The notes below the pieces were generated by a model, which worked only from the letters and a program-made list of their open reading frames with translations, did no database searches and was not told the DNA's origin. 64,000 bases of DNA from Scyliorhinus canicula (lineage: Eukaryota): contig NC_052155.1 of the NCBI RefSeq assembly GCF_902713615.1, positions 46,193,404-46,257,403 of the forward strand, read 5' to 3'. The first letter of the stretch is position 1; each line of letters starts with the position of its first letter. Positions 12,836 to 24,235 of this stretch are shown here, one piece after another. The translations under genes were made by a program, and so were the position numbers.

Positions 12836-13111
12836 TTCACAACGACAGGGTCCAAGGTTCGATTCCCGGCTTGGGTCACTGTCTGTGCGGAGATCTGCAC
12901 GTTCTCCCTGTGTCTGTGTGGGTTTCCTCCGGGTGCTCGGGTTTCCTCCCACAAGTCCCGAAAGACATGCTGTTAGGTGAATTGGACATTCTGAATTCTT
13001 CCTCCATTTAATTGAACAGGCGCCGGAATGTGGCAACTAGGGAATTTCACAGTAACTTCATTGCAATGTTAATGCAAACCTACTTGTGACAATAATAAAG
13101 ATCATTATTAT
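12836..13111 (+). mobile_element. V-SINE with Rex1/Babar-like tail
   Basis: ggttcgattccc B box, V-domain, tail tttcacagtaacttcattgcaatgttaatgcaaacctacttgtgacaataataaag. Confidence 0.85.
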
Positions 13112-14019
13112 AAAACTTGGGAATAAAGATTATTTTTATAAAACTTGGGAACAGAAGAATCGAAGGTGGCATCAGATTGAAATAAGATGCAAGTGGTCCA
13201 GGCAATGTTAGATGAAATTTGATGCAGACATATGTAGAATATGCTTTGTAGGGTGACAAAATGTTTGACAAATGTATTTAGTGACTATTGGAAAAATTCC
13301 AAGGGTGAAATTGGGAGGGACGTGGGAGCTTTTAGGTGCCCTATTCAAGATTCTCAACGTGCAGAGCGGCATTTCAAAGAAACAAAATATGAACAGAACA
13401 AAAATAATAAAGTGTGCGCTTCAGGGGAAGCGTTCCGGTTGCATGTACTTAGGGAACTGTCTGATTCCTGTTGCCAAGAAACAGGAAGAGGTATTGGAGT
13501 GCTTGCGAGTACATCAGCATCATGAAACTAACGTTATAGCGCCTCCAGTCTGATTTACAAGGAAAGGCTTGAAAGACTTGGAATTTTCAACCTGTTGAGG
13601 AAGACTTTTGATATAGAATTATAGAATATTGTAAATTGTGTATAGAAAATATGAATCCAGACTACGATATTAAGTTGAACAGTGGGAGTAGAAAGATGAG
13701 ATGTGTTTAAACGATTGAAAAGTAATTTTAAGACTGATGCTGTCAAAGACTGATAAATATTTGGAATCCTATCCTCTTCAAAAGTGCAGGAATGCATATG
13801 TATGGATAGAGTCTGGTTTGAATGTAATTCCTTCTTTGGTAACCAACTAGCACTGAAGAATGCTCACATAAACAAGATGCAGGAGGGTTGTCTGCAAAAG
13901 AACTCTAGGAAGTTGTAACTCCCGTGAGGTGGCTATCTGGATCCTCGGATGTACAGATTAAAATGTGCACTACAGATGAAAAGAGTCAACTTCCCAACAC
14001 AAAATGCAAAGATCCCATT

Positions 14020-14300
14020 GAACAACAGTATTTATTTATAAAGCAAAATATCCCAAAGTGCTTCACAGGAGACATGTCAGACAAAAGTTTACTTAGTGAT
14101 ATTAGGAAAGATCATCAAAAGCTTGGCCAGAGGTAAATTTTGAAGAATGTCTTAAAGGATGAGAGGGAGGTTTAGGGAGTATATACTAGAGTCTGGATCC
14201 AGATAATTGAAGGTATAGCTACCAGAGTAGTTAAAATGGGGATGCGTAAGAGGCTAGAACTGGAGGAGCACAGAAATCATTGAGCGTTGGAGGGCTGAAG
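14020..14300 (-). mobile_element. L2-like 3' fragment
   Basis: Complementary to the L2-like tail at 28400-28750. Confidence 0.5.
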
Positions 14301-14756
14301 GAGGATGCAAAGCTGAGTGGGCAGCAACATTATTCAGATTTGGATGTATATTCTTTATCCCTCCTTGTGGGTGAGTCAAAATTCAAGAACTCTCAACAGA
14401 TTGTGGGAGCACTGTCTCACACAAACTACTGCAGCAGTTTAAATGGTATGCCTACTTGCCACCATTTAAAGGTCATCCAAGGATGGGCAGTGAATGCTAC
14501 ATTTGGCAGTGACGTCCACATTCCGAGATTGAATTAAAAATAACCAAGAATAATGTGTTGGCTGCCAATATCGGTCATGTGTTTTAGGAGTCGTGAACAT
14601 GTACAGGGGGTTTGATGGGGTGACACCCTACCAATATTTTCAGGGAGTATTAATACATATGAGTGGATGCCCCTATGCAGAAATTTTGTAAAACTACTGG
14701 TTACAATATGAACTTGCAGAGGTTTTATTAAAGGTGCTCTTTTTGTTTTGTTTCAG

Positions 14757-14869
14757 GTAGTGGAGCTACAGCTGTGGTTCAGGCTGCCTACTGTATCCCA
14801 AAGAAGGAGCGAGTTGCAATCAAACGCATCAACCTGGAAAAATGCCAGACCAGCATGGACGAACTCCTG
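14757..14869 (+). CDS. OXSR1: STE20-family kinase OXSR1 (OSR1), coding exon (probable exon 2): G-loop and VAIK lysine
   Basis: Polypyrimidine tract + tttcag|, 113 nt, then |gtaatg. Translates (G)[37 protein letters not shown], phase 1 to 0. AYC.PKKE resembles OXSR1 more than STK39 (ALCKPRQE). Confidence 0.9.
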
Positions 14870-15179
14870 GTAATGCATTGAAGGACACGTTTAGACCAGC
14901 AGTACAGGGGAGGCCTGAATAGGGTTGAGTTGTTTTGGCCATTCATGAATGTAGCCAATGAAGGTTATATTAATGTAAAGCAAAAAGACTTCTGAATGTG
15001 TAAAATAACGACAAAATTCTGGAAATATAACGCTGCTGTCAGTATATAGAAAAAGAGGATCCTAGATTCTCCTTTAGAATCAGTAGGGCAATAGGTAACT
15101 GACTTCCTAGTATTATGCATTTCCAGAATTTTCTGCTTTATTTCAGGTTTCCAGAATTTGTAAAAGAAATAACAACTGA

Positions 15180-15851
15180 AAGACAGATGTGCAAATAATG
15201 AAGAGATTGGATTTACTAAACTGTTGCTTTAATGTTTGTGACTTTAATCTGCTGATAGATTGGGCAAATAAAACCATTGAGGAGGAAATCCTGGAGTATA
15301 TGCGGGTTGGTTTTAATGGGCCAATACTTTGAGGAACCAACAAAGGAGCAGACTGCGTATTGTGTAATAAAAAAAGAATAATTGGCAATCTAGCTGTGCA
15401 AAGGCCCCTTTGAGATGGGCGACCATAATATGATAGAATTTTTCACCAAGATAGAGAGTGATATAGTTGATTCTGAGATTGGTCCTGAATCTAAATAAAG
15501 GAAACTAGGACGATATGAGACACGAGTTGATCGATTGGGCAACCTTACTTAAAAAGATGACAGTGGATAGGCAATGGCAAACATTGATAGAGTGCATGGG
15601 TGAACGGCAACAACAATTGTTCATTCCAGTCTGGCGCGAAAACAAAACTGTAAAGGGGCCAAACCATGGTTTATAAGGGAAATTAGAGATAGTATTAGAT
15701 CCAAGGAAGAACCATATAAATTAGCCAGAAAAACAGCAAACCTGAGGATTGAGTGCAGTTTGTAATTCAGCAAAGGAGGATACAGTGATTTAATAAGGAG
15801 AGAAAAATAGAGTAAGAGGGTAAGCTTGCAGGGAACATACAAAATGATTGC
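15180..15851 (+). mobile_element. CR1 ORF2 fragment (endonuclease/tether)
   Basis: DFNL.IDWAN...GDHNMIEF...KPWFIREIRDSIRSKEE motifs. Confidence 0.7.
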
Positions 15852-15995
15852 ATCTACCCTTGTCCACTCTACTGGTCACATTCTCAAAGATTCCAGAAGA
15901 TTTGTGAAGCATGCTTTCCCTTTAGTGAATCCATGCTGACTTGGACCGATCCTGCCCCCGCTTTCCAAATGATCATACTTAATAATTGACCCCAG

Positions 15996-16210
15996 GGTGG
16001 CACGGTGGTGTAGTGGTTAGCATTGCTGCCAAACGGCACTGAGGACCCGGGTTCAGTCCTGGCCTCTGGTTACTATCCATGTCGAGTTTGTACATTCTCC
16101 CCATGTGTGCGTGGGTTTCCACAACCCAAAGATGTGCAGGGTAGGTGGATTAGCCAGGCTAAATTGGGAAAAAAAAAATTGGGCACTTTAAATTTATTTT
16201 AAAAAAAAAA
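15996..16210 (+). mobile_element. V-SINE, poly(A) variant
   Basis: tRNA head and V-domain. Flanks aattgaccccag / aatttactccag. Confidence 0.8.
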
Positions 16211-17394
16211 TTTACTCCAGCATTTTCCCCCCAACCACCGATGTCAGGCTAACCGATCTATAATTCTCTGTTTTCTCTCGCCCTCTTTTTTTTAAAGTGG
16301 GGCTACGTTAGCCACCCTCCAATCCATTGGAACTCTTCCAGGGTCTATAGAATGCTGGAAGATGATCACCAGTGCATCCAATATTTCTAGGGCCACTTCC
16401 TTAAGTACTCTGGGATGCAGAGCATCAGGCCGTGGGGACCCATTAGGTTTTAATCCCATCAATTTTCCAATACAATTTCCTGACTAATAAGGATTTCCTT
16501 CAGTTCCTCTTTCATGCTAGACCCTCTATCCCCTAGTATTTCTGGAAGGTTCTTTGTGTCCTCACTGAAGACAGATCCAAAGTATTTGCTCAACTGGTCT
16601 GTTGCCCATTATGAATTCACCTGATTTTAACTATAAGGGGCCTACATTTGTCTTCACCCGTCTTGTTCTCTTACATATCTATTGAAGCTTATGCAGTCAG
16701 TTTTTATTATTTTTTTGCAAGCTTACACTCTTGTTCTATTTTGCCCTTCTGAATTAAACCCTTTGTCCTCCTCTGCTGAATTTTACATTTCTCCCAGGCT
16801 TGCTGCTTTTTCTGGCCAATTTATATGCCTCTTTGGTTTTATCCGTGGTTGAGCCACCTTCCAAGTCTTACTCTTACTTTTACATCCCTGTAAAATTGTT
16901 GAAGTTCATTTTTGTGTTCTTTCAATGTCTGCCATTGCCTACCCACCGTCAACCCCTTAAGTATCCTTTGCCAGCTTTTCCTAGCCAATGCATGACTCAT
17001 GCCATCAAAGTTGGCTTTCTTTAAGTTCAGGACCCTAGTCTCAAACTTAACTCAAACTCTCCATCTTATTGACGAATTTTACCATATTATGGTCACTCTT
17101 CCCTAAACGATCTCACACACACATTGATCATTAATCCTTCCTCATTGCACAATACCGAGTCTAGAATGACATGCACTCTGGTTCCTCGACATATTGGTCG
17201 GGAAAACCATCCTTTATACATTCCAGGAAATCTCCTTCATCGCATTGCTACCAGTGTGATCAGTCCAATCAATAGGCAGATCGAAGTCACCCATAATAAT
17301 TGCTATACCCTTACTGCACCAGTTTGATCAGTCCAATCAATATGCAGATCGAAGTCGCCCATAATAATTGCTATACCCTTACTGCACAAATCCC

Positions 17395-17845
17395 TTTTAA
17401 AAAAAAATTAAAAAAAATTTCAGAGTATCCAATTATTATTGTTTTCCAATTAAGGAGGCTAAATTGCCTACTTCATGGTCATGTGTTCTAGGGAGGAGAT
17501 GCTCTAGCTGATTTCCCAATCCAGCTCTTGGTCTGTAACATTGTAGCTAACAGATGAGGAACACATCAGCCATGATAGAATGGCGGAGTAGGCTCAATGG
17601 GCCAAATGGCCTAATTCTGCTCCTATATCTTATGAATTTATGAATTAAGGGACAATTTTGCGTGGATATTTCACCTACCCGGCACATTTTTGGGTTGCGG
17701 GGGTGAGACCCACACCGACACGGGGAGAATGTGCAAACTCCATGCGGAGAGTGACCAAGAGCTGGGATTGAACCCGGGTGCTCAGTGCTGTAATGCAGCA
17801 GTGCCGTAATGCAGAAGTGCTAACCATTGCTCCACTATCCTGCCC
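17395..17845 (-). mobile_element. V-SINE, poly(A) variant, interrupted at 17456-17642
   Basis: Reverse complement of the 11833 family. The insert is flanked by aattaagg repeats. Confidence 0.75.
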
Positions 17846-18526
17846 CAACTGCACGCATCTCTAATTTCTTGTTTGATGCTATCCCCAACCTCGCCACTAC
17901 TGTTGGTGGTCTGTAGACATCTGCCACTGATGCATGTTTTCCCTGTGGTGTTCCGCTGCTCCACCCATACAGGTTTCATATCGTCCAGGCTAATGTCCTT
18001 CCTTACTATTGCGTTAATTTCCTTTTTAAACAGCATCGCTACCCCATCTCCCTTTCCTTTCCTTCTTTCTTTCCTGAATATTGAGTACCGCAGGATATTG
18101 AGTTCCTGTCCTTGGTCATCCTGGAGCCAGGTCTCCATGCCTAATTACATAATATCAGTTGATTGTCAGCGCAGTTAATTCATCAACCTTATTACAAATG
18201 CTCCTCGCACTGAGACACAGCGCAGTCAGGCTTGTTTTTTTGACATTTTATCTTTTTAGAATTCTGATGTAATGTGGCTCTTTTTGATTTTTGTCTTTTG
18301 TTTCTCTGCCTTCCACTTTTCCCTTTTACTACCTTTTGTTTCTGTCCCCACCTTGCTTCCCTCCGATCTCCTGCATTGGCTCCCATCCCCCTGCCATATT
18401 AGTTTAAGCCCTCCCCAACAGCACTAGCAAACACTCCCAAGAACATTGCTTCCTGTTCTGCTCAGGTGCAGACCATCTGGTTTGTACTGGTCCCACCTCT
18501 CTCAGAACCGGTTCCGGTGTTTAGGC

Positions 18527-19110
18527 GCAGGGATGTCTTTCTGCAGTTGTACAAGGCCTTGGTGAAACCACACCTGGAATATTGTTTTGGTCGTCTTTCC
18601 CTCGGGAAGGATATTCTTGCGATTGAGTGAGTGCAGCAAAGGTTTACCAGACTGCTTCCTGGGATGGTAGGACTGATGTACGAGGAGAGATTTGAGTCAG
18701 TCAGGATTATATTCTCTGCAGTTTATAAGAGTGAAGGGGAATATCATAGAAACCTATGAAATTCTAACGGGACCAGACAGCGTAGATGCAGTAAGGTTGT
18801 TCCCGATGGCAGTATAGTCCAGATCCAGGAGTCACAGTCTGAGGATATGGGGTAGACTGTTTCGGACTGCGATGAGGAGAAATTCCTTCACCCAGAGAGT
18901 GGTCAGCCTGTGGAATTCGCTAGCACAGAAAGCAGTTGAGGCCAAAGCATTGTATGTTTTCAAGAAGTTAGATATAGCTCTTGGGGCTAAAGGTATCCAA
19001 GGATATGGGAAGAAAGCGAGAAAGGGTTACTGAATTAGATGATCAGCTATGATCATAATGAATTGCGGAGCAGGTTTACATGGTCTACTCCTGCTCCCAT
19101 GTTTCTGTGC
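18527..19110 (+). mobile_element. CR1 3' end
   Basis: LQLYKALVKPHLEY...FTQRVVSLWNSL...plus 3'UTR. Confidence 0.8.
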
Positions 19111-19584
19111 TTCGATGAAGTGTAACCAGGTTGAGAAAATGGGAATTCCAGAGAAGTGTCACTGCAGACTTGAACAAGCCCAGGCAGTTTGTACTGACTG
19201 AAGTGATTTGGATATTCACGCCTGTATGTGTAGCACAGGAAAACTTTCTACATTAAAATTTGTAAAGGTTCCAAAATATTGCATGGAAAATTCTGTGACT
19301 TAAATTTGGGCAGAACTGTTGGTTAAAAGATGGAGGTATCAGAGATGACATTTGGAGGGAGCACGAATGCCACATTGGCCCATTCCTTGTTACGTGACGG
19401 AGTATATTTAAGAATGCACATGTTGCTCAGCATATTTTGGGTGCGTCTGTTCACTTTAGTCACGGATAATCAAATTGTAGGTATGAACATATTTTTGAAT
19501 GTTCATAATTTGATATATTGCGAAGAGGTTGATCTCAAAGTGATAGAAACTATGCTACGGATCTGTCAACATCTGTTCAAAAGG

Positions 19585-19945
19585 CCAACAAAAGCAATAT
19601 ACTGTGGATGCTGGAAATTTATAATGAAACCAGAAAATGCTGGAAATATTCAGATGAGGCAACAATTGTAGAGAGATGAAAAGTTAAGATTTCCAGTTGA
19701 TATTTTCGTTTGCATTTGACCACAAGCATGATCTGTTAATATAGAGTAATGACCTGAAATTGTTACCTCCGCATTGAGCGACACGGAGAATTAAAATAAT
19801 TTGTGTGGTTATGTCTTCAGCTAAAGATTGTTCGATTGTAAGGCACTGGCATCTCTTCATTTCCAATCCCAATTGTCCTGCTATAGATTTCCAACATTTT
19901 ATTCAGATTTCCACTATTTAAAGCTATCTATTTTTGTTTATTTTG
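19585..19945. mobile_element. Older foldback (Penelope-like) element
   Basis: aaagcaatatactgtggatgctggaaat..gaaaatgctggaaat left arm and tttccaacatttt..ttcagatttcc right arm, as in 21050-21290. Confidence 0.5.
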
Positions 19946-20349
19946 CACTCTGGATTGTTGCAGAATGAACTCTTATTGATTGGGCCGATTGTTGCGGAAT
20001 GAACTCCTATTGATTAGGCCAACTATCACAATTCATTCTGTGACTCTGCTCTGCTAGTAGCACTCAACGAGTTGGACATTTTCAAAATCATGGGGGCTGG
20101 ATAAAGTAGATGGGGCAAGAAGTTCCCATTAGCAAAGAGGATACGGATTTAAAGCGATTGACAAAAGAACCGGAAGTGACATGAGGGAATTTTTTATTTA
20201 CGGTTAGGAATGCACTGCCTGACTGTGTGATGGAATCTGATTCGATCATGACCTTAATAAAAGGAGGGCTAAAAGTGGGGGACTAGACCCGCTGAGCAGC
20301 TTTTGCAGAGTTGGAACAGATGTCAGTGAGTGGCCTCCTATTCTGTGAT

Positions 20350-20590
20350 CATCATAATAATCTTTTTATTATTATCACAAGTAGGCTTACATTATCACTG
20401 CAATGAAGTTACTGTGAAAATCCTCTAGTCACCACATTCTGGCGCCTGTTCGGGCGCACAGAGGGAGAATTCAGAATGTCCAATTCACCTAAAGCATGTC
20501 TTTCAGGACTTGTGGGAGGAAACCGGAGCACCCGGAGGAAACCCACACCGACACCGGGAGAATATGCAGACTCCGCACAGTGACCCAAGC
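20350..20590 (-). mobile_element. V-SINE with Rex1/Babar-like tail, 5'-truncated
   Basis: Reverse complement of the 12836-13111 family. Confidence 0.8.
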
Positions 20591-21049
20591 AGTGATTATG
20601 ACCTCTTAGATCTACTCTTGATTTGAATACAACTAGGTTGAAATTTTAATGCAACCATGAAGGAGTTCTGCATTGTTAAATGTACTGTCCTTTAGATGAA
20701 GCATTAAACTCTGGCTTCGACTACCTGCTTGATAGACATAAATGATCTCTTGGATTTTTTTTCTAACTTGGTGTTCTTGGTTGACTCTATTTAAAAACAG
20801 GTTAAATGGTCACTCTTCAGTCCTGTTTTTGTGGCTTCTCTGTGTACCAATTGCTTACCATACTTGTCTACATAATAGTGACTACACTTCAAAATTAATT
20901 AATAGTTGAGACATTTTGGGACACGAGAGCCGCTAAATAAATGCTTGTATTTATTCTCTTTCTTCCAAAGGTGCTGACTGGAATCTGGTTCAGCAGGTGG
21001 CAGTTGCACTCCAGCACCGCATTCAAGTAACCATTATTTTTATATAATA

Positions 21050-21290
21050 TAAAATTAAAAAAAGAAAGTGCTGCAAATAAGTGGGTCAGGCAGCATTTGT
21101 GGAAAGAAACAGTTATTGTTTTGGGTCGATGACCTTTCATCAGAACTCATGAGAAGTCCTGATGAAAGGTCAGTACCTGGAAGGTGATTCTATTTCTATC
21201 TCCACATGCTGCCAGACCTGCTGAGTATTTCTAGCATTTTCTGTTTCCATTTCAGATTTCCAGCATCCACAGTATTTTATTTTTGTGTTA
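21050..21290. mobile_element. Foldback element (Penelope-like derivative) with two divergent hammerhead-like motifs
   Basis: gacctttcatcagaact (21131-21147) and agtcctgatgaaaggtc (21155-21171) are inverted. Outer arms ggtcaggcagcatttgtgga and tccacatgctgccagacc. Confidence 0.7.
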
Positions 21291-22967
21291 AGAGTCCTTT
21301 TCCTTTAATTCCTCGTCCAATTTTCTTTTTGGCTCAAAGGTGGGTCAAGAAAGATCAAATTAATTGAAAGTGATAAGCTAATTGTAGTGTGAGGATGCAC
21401 TAGGGAAGCGCAGAGCTTCAAAAGTGTTCAGCTGCACAATCGCCACACTTCCTTCCTAACTTTGTCCTCTTGCCTCTCATTCAATTTTCTGTGTTTTTGA
21501 CTGCAGGATTTGTGGTACTGCTTCATAGTCACGGATCTTTCTTGATTTTAAGGAACATGAATTTTCTGTAAAGGCAGGCTTTTTTTTTGTCCCCCTCAGT
21601 CTGGGGGCTTGAGTCGCCCGTGTTTGGCTCGATGACTGCTACCCCGAATCCTGCCCGACTGGCTGGCTCACTCGCCACTCCCCTCGTGGCTGCTTTCACA
21701 AATGCGCCTGGCCCTGGTGGTGCTTCACACCTCACCTTGACTATCTCGCTGCACTACTAGCTGCCTGGCCATGGCCTGCCCAACCCTGGTCTTGGGGTCA
21801 AGTTGCCCCTACACTCCTTCACGATGACTTGGTTCTGAGTCCTGACTGCCTGGCTGGCTCACCATCTCCCTCATTTTTTTTCACAGAAAAGTTAGTTAAG
21901 TACACAAAGGAAATCTTCACCTTGACTGCTGTCACTCTCCCTCCTAGTCACCTCAATGGTCACCAGTGTTTTCCCACTCTGAGGGGACTCCATCAATCCA
22001 AGTCTGATGTTACTCTGGATTGCCTGCAGATATCAGACTCTGACTGGTGCCCACAGACACTGGCCGGCATACCCTCCCACAACCATTCTCATTCTCTTTC
22101 CCTCTCCTTGTCCCTCTCGTCATACTTTCATTTCAGGTTTTTTAGTTTTATTTTCTGTCATTATTCCTGTATTGCTCTCATGCAATGAAATATAATTCAT
22201 CAGACTGTAAACTGAAATCCCTTGCTGGAGGAAAAGGAATCTGGCACTGCAAATAGTTGCAGTACTTGCAAATTGTCCACTGAAAGGTAGCCTTATCCAT
22301 ACTTGACTGGTTCAAATGTCTTAAACTATGAGCAGATTTGGTTATAATCCACAATTAGCAGAGATTGACATTGTCTCTAAGAGTGCTATACCATTGGAAA
22401 GGCAAAATATTTACGTTTGGGTTAAGCTTGCTATGTGTTTAGATCTGCACTTGAATTCACTCTATAATAGATTTAAACATGAGTCAAGGCAGTCCGATAA
22501 TTATTCCAGTTTCTATTGGAAATACATCCACACCATAAAATTCTCCACGAGTTTATTGGTATCACTTTAAGCATCCGCTGTTGCAAATGGAAATACAACA
22601 TGGATACTCGCTGATGTTTTGGCGATGAGTCAATTCATAGGAAATGTTCTCCGTTAGATTATTGTTTTTACTCTGAAATTAGCAAATAAGCTTCTTGAAA
22701 TGTTCCATTTTGACCAAACGTTTGGTCATCTCTGAACATTTCCTGACGTAACTCTGTCTAATTTTGTTGGATAGCATTGCTCAGAAGCCATGGGGCATTT
22801 TACCTCATTAGAAATACATAAATACTTGTTGGACAGTAGAATAGGGGATACCAGTTTGAACTATCAAAAATAATTGGAACTAATGCCGAGCAGTTCTTTC
22901 AGAGTTGAACAATTGAACAAAAAGATATCCAAGTGGTATCCTTCATCAATTGTATTTATATTGGGAG

Positions 22968-23165
22968 TGTTACGACATCTGGGCTAGTTTGTGGTCAATT
23001 CCAGCCCCATGTGACCCGGAGTTGCAACACCATAAATTAACCAATAATTCTTATAAAAATATCCAAAGTCTGGACCTTGGCTGCCCAATAATCACAGTCA
23101 AGGTTACTGTTTATTTATAACCAGAACTATCATGATATATGCAGTAAATGCAACTGGTTGTACAA
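22968..23165 (-). mobile_element. Possible LTR end fragment
   Basis: Starts TGTTACGAC with a minus-strand AATAAA nearby. The other end is not seen. Confidence 0.3.
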
Positions 23166-23378
23166 CCATTTGGGCCAATTCATTGGCCACCACTCAATCA
23201 ATCAAACAGAATCCCAACCCATTTCTCTGTCATGGATGCCGAGTCCCAACCCATTTCTCTGTCACTGATGCCAGCTGGTATGCAGCTTCTGTTCAAACCA
23301 ACGCAGTCTTCTTGATTTTTCCTGCTTGAATTAAAGATGCAGGCTGCTTGCCTTAAAGTGAGATGCCCATTCATCATC

Positions 23379-23450
23379 ATTTTTAAAAATTGTTTTTATT
23401 AAAGCTTTTTACAACCAAAATTTTAACTGACCCCCCCCCCCCCCCCCCGT
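23379..23450 (-). mobile_element. Ultra-short retroposed insertion (L1-like 3' end)
   Basis: Perfect 16-bp TSD atgcccattcatcatc (23363-23378, 23451-23466). G-run, AATAAA and A-rich end on the minus strand. Confidence 0.75.
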
Positions 23451-23554
23451 ATGCCCATTCATCATCGATGGATCAAAAATTTAACAGCAAAAGTAAAAAG
23501 GGCAAATAAGGAAATAAACAGGGACCAAATGAGAAGGACCCTTGCAGTACAAGA

Positions 23555-24235
23555 AAGACTTGTATCCATATTCCACCTTCATGACCACAAGATGTGCCAA
23601 AGTGCTTTACAGCCAATGAAGTACATTTTGAATTAGTTTTTTTAAATTTGGAGTGTCCAATTATTATTTTTTCAATTAATGGGCAATTTAGCTTGGCCAA
23701 TCCACCTAGCCTGCATATTTTCTTTGTGAGATTGTGAGGGTGAGACCCACGCAGACATGGGGAGAATGTGCATACTCTACATAGTGACCCAGAGCCGGAA
23801 TCGAACCTGGGACCATAGCGCCGTGAGGCAGCAGTGCTGACCACTGTGCCGGCCCTTGAATTGTAATTCTGTAGTCAGGTAGGAAACATGGCAGCCAAAT
23901 TGTTCACATCAAGATCTCAAAAACAGCATTGTGATAAGATCTGTTTTTTGTGATGTTGATTGAGGGTTAAGTGTTGGTCAGGACACCAGGGATGACTCCT
24001 AGCTCCTCTTCTAAATAATGCTGTGGGATACTTGTATTCGCTTGTGAGGATAAGAATTTTAAAATCACATCTGATAGATGGCACCTCCAATAATGTAGTG
24101 TTCCCTCTGTAAAGCAATGGAGTCTTGCTTTTTTTTGATTTTTGTGCTCCAGTCCTGGAATGGAATTTGAACCCGCAAACTTTTGACTCCGAAGTGAGTG
24201 TGCTACAAACTGAGTCACAGCTGATTCACGGTATT
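23555..24235 (-). mobile_element. DeuSINE-like (SacSINE1-type) SINE, interrupted by a poly(A) V-SINE (about 23637-23855)
   Basis: Minus strand: tRNA head, then atcccacagcattatttagaagaggagctaggagtcatccctggtgtcctgaccaa (Deu-domain-like) and an L2-like tail. Confidence 0.7.

Larger units (their letters stand above)
15852..18520 (-). mobile_element. CR1 LINE from ORF1 C-terminus through EN to start of RT, with two SINE insertions
   Basis: RWDQYKPDGLHL (ORF1 SGNH-esterase end), ETWLQDDQGQELNI..YSIFRKERRKGKGDGVAM (EN), QHGF.KGK.CFTNL (RT). Confidence 0.85.

Noticed and set aside
14604-14699. Possible small hAT-type MITE (caggggg...actactg) before exon 2
   Set aside because: Terminal inverted repeat match is poor and there is no convincing TSD.
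19953-20020. CRISPR-like short repeats
   Set aside because: Two adjacent copies without spacers in vertebrate DNA, and no cas genes.
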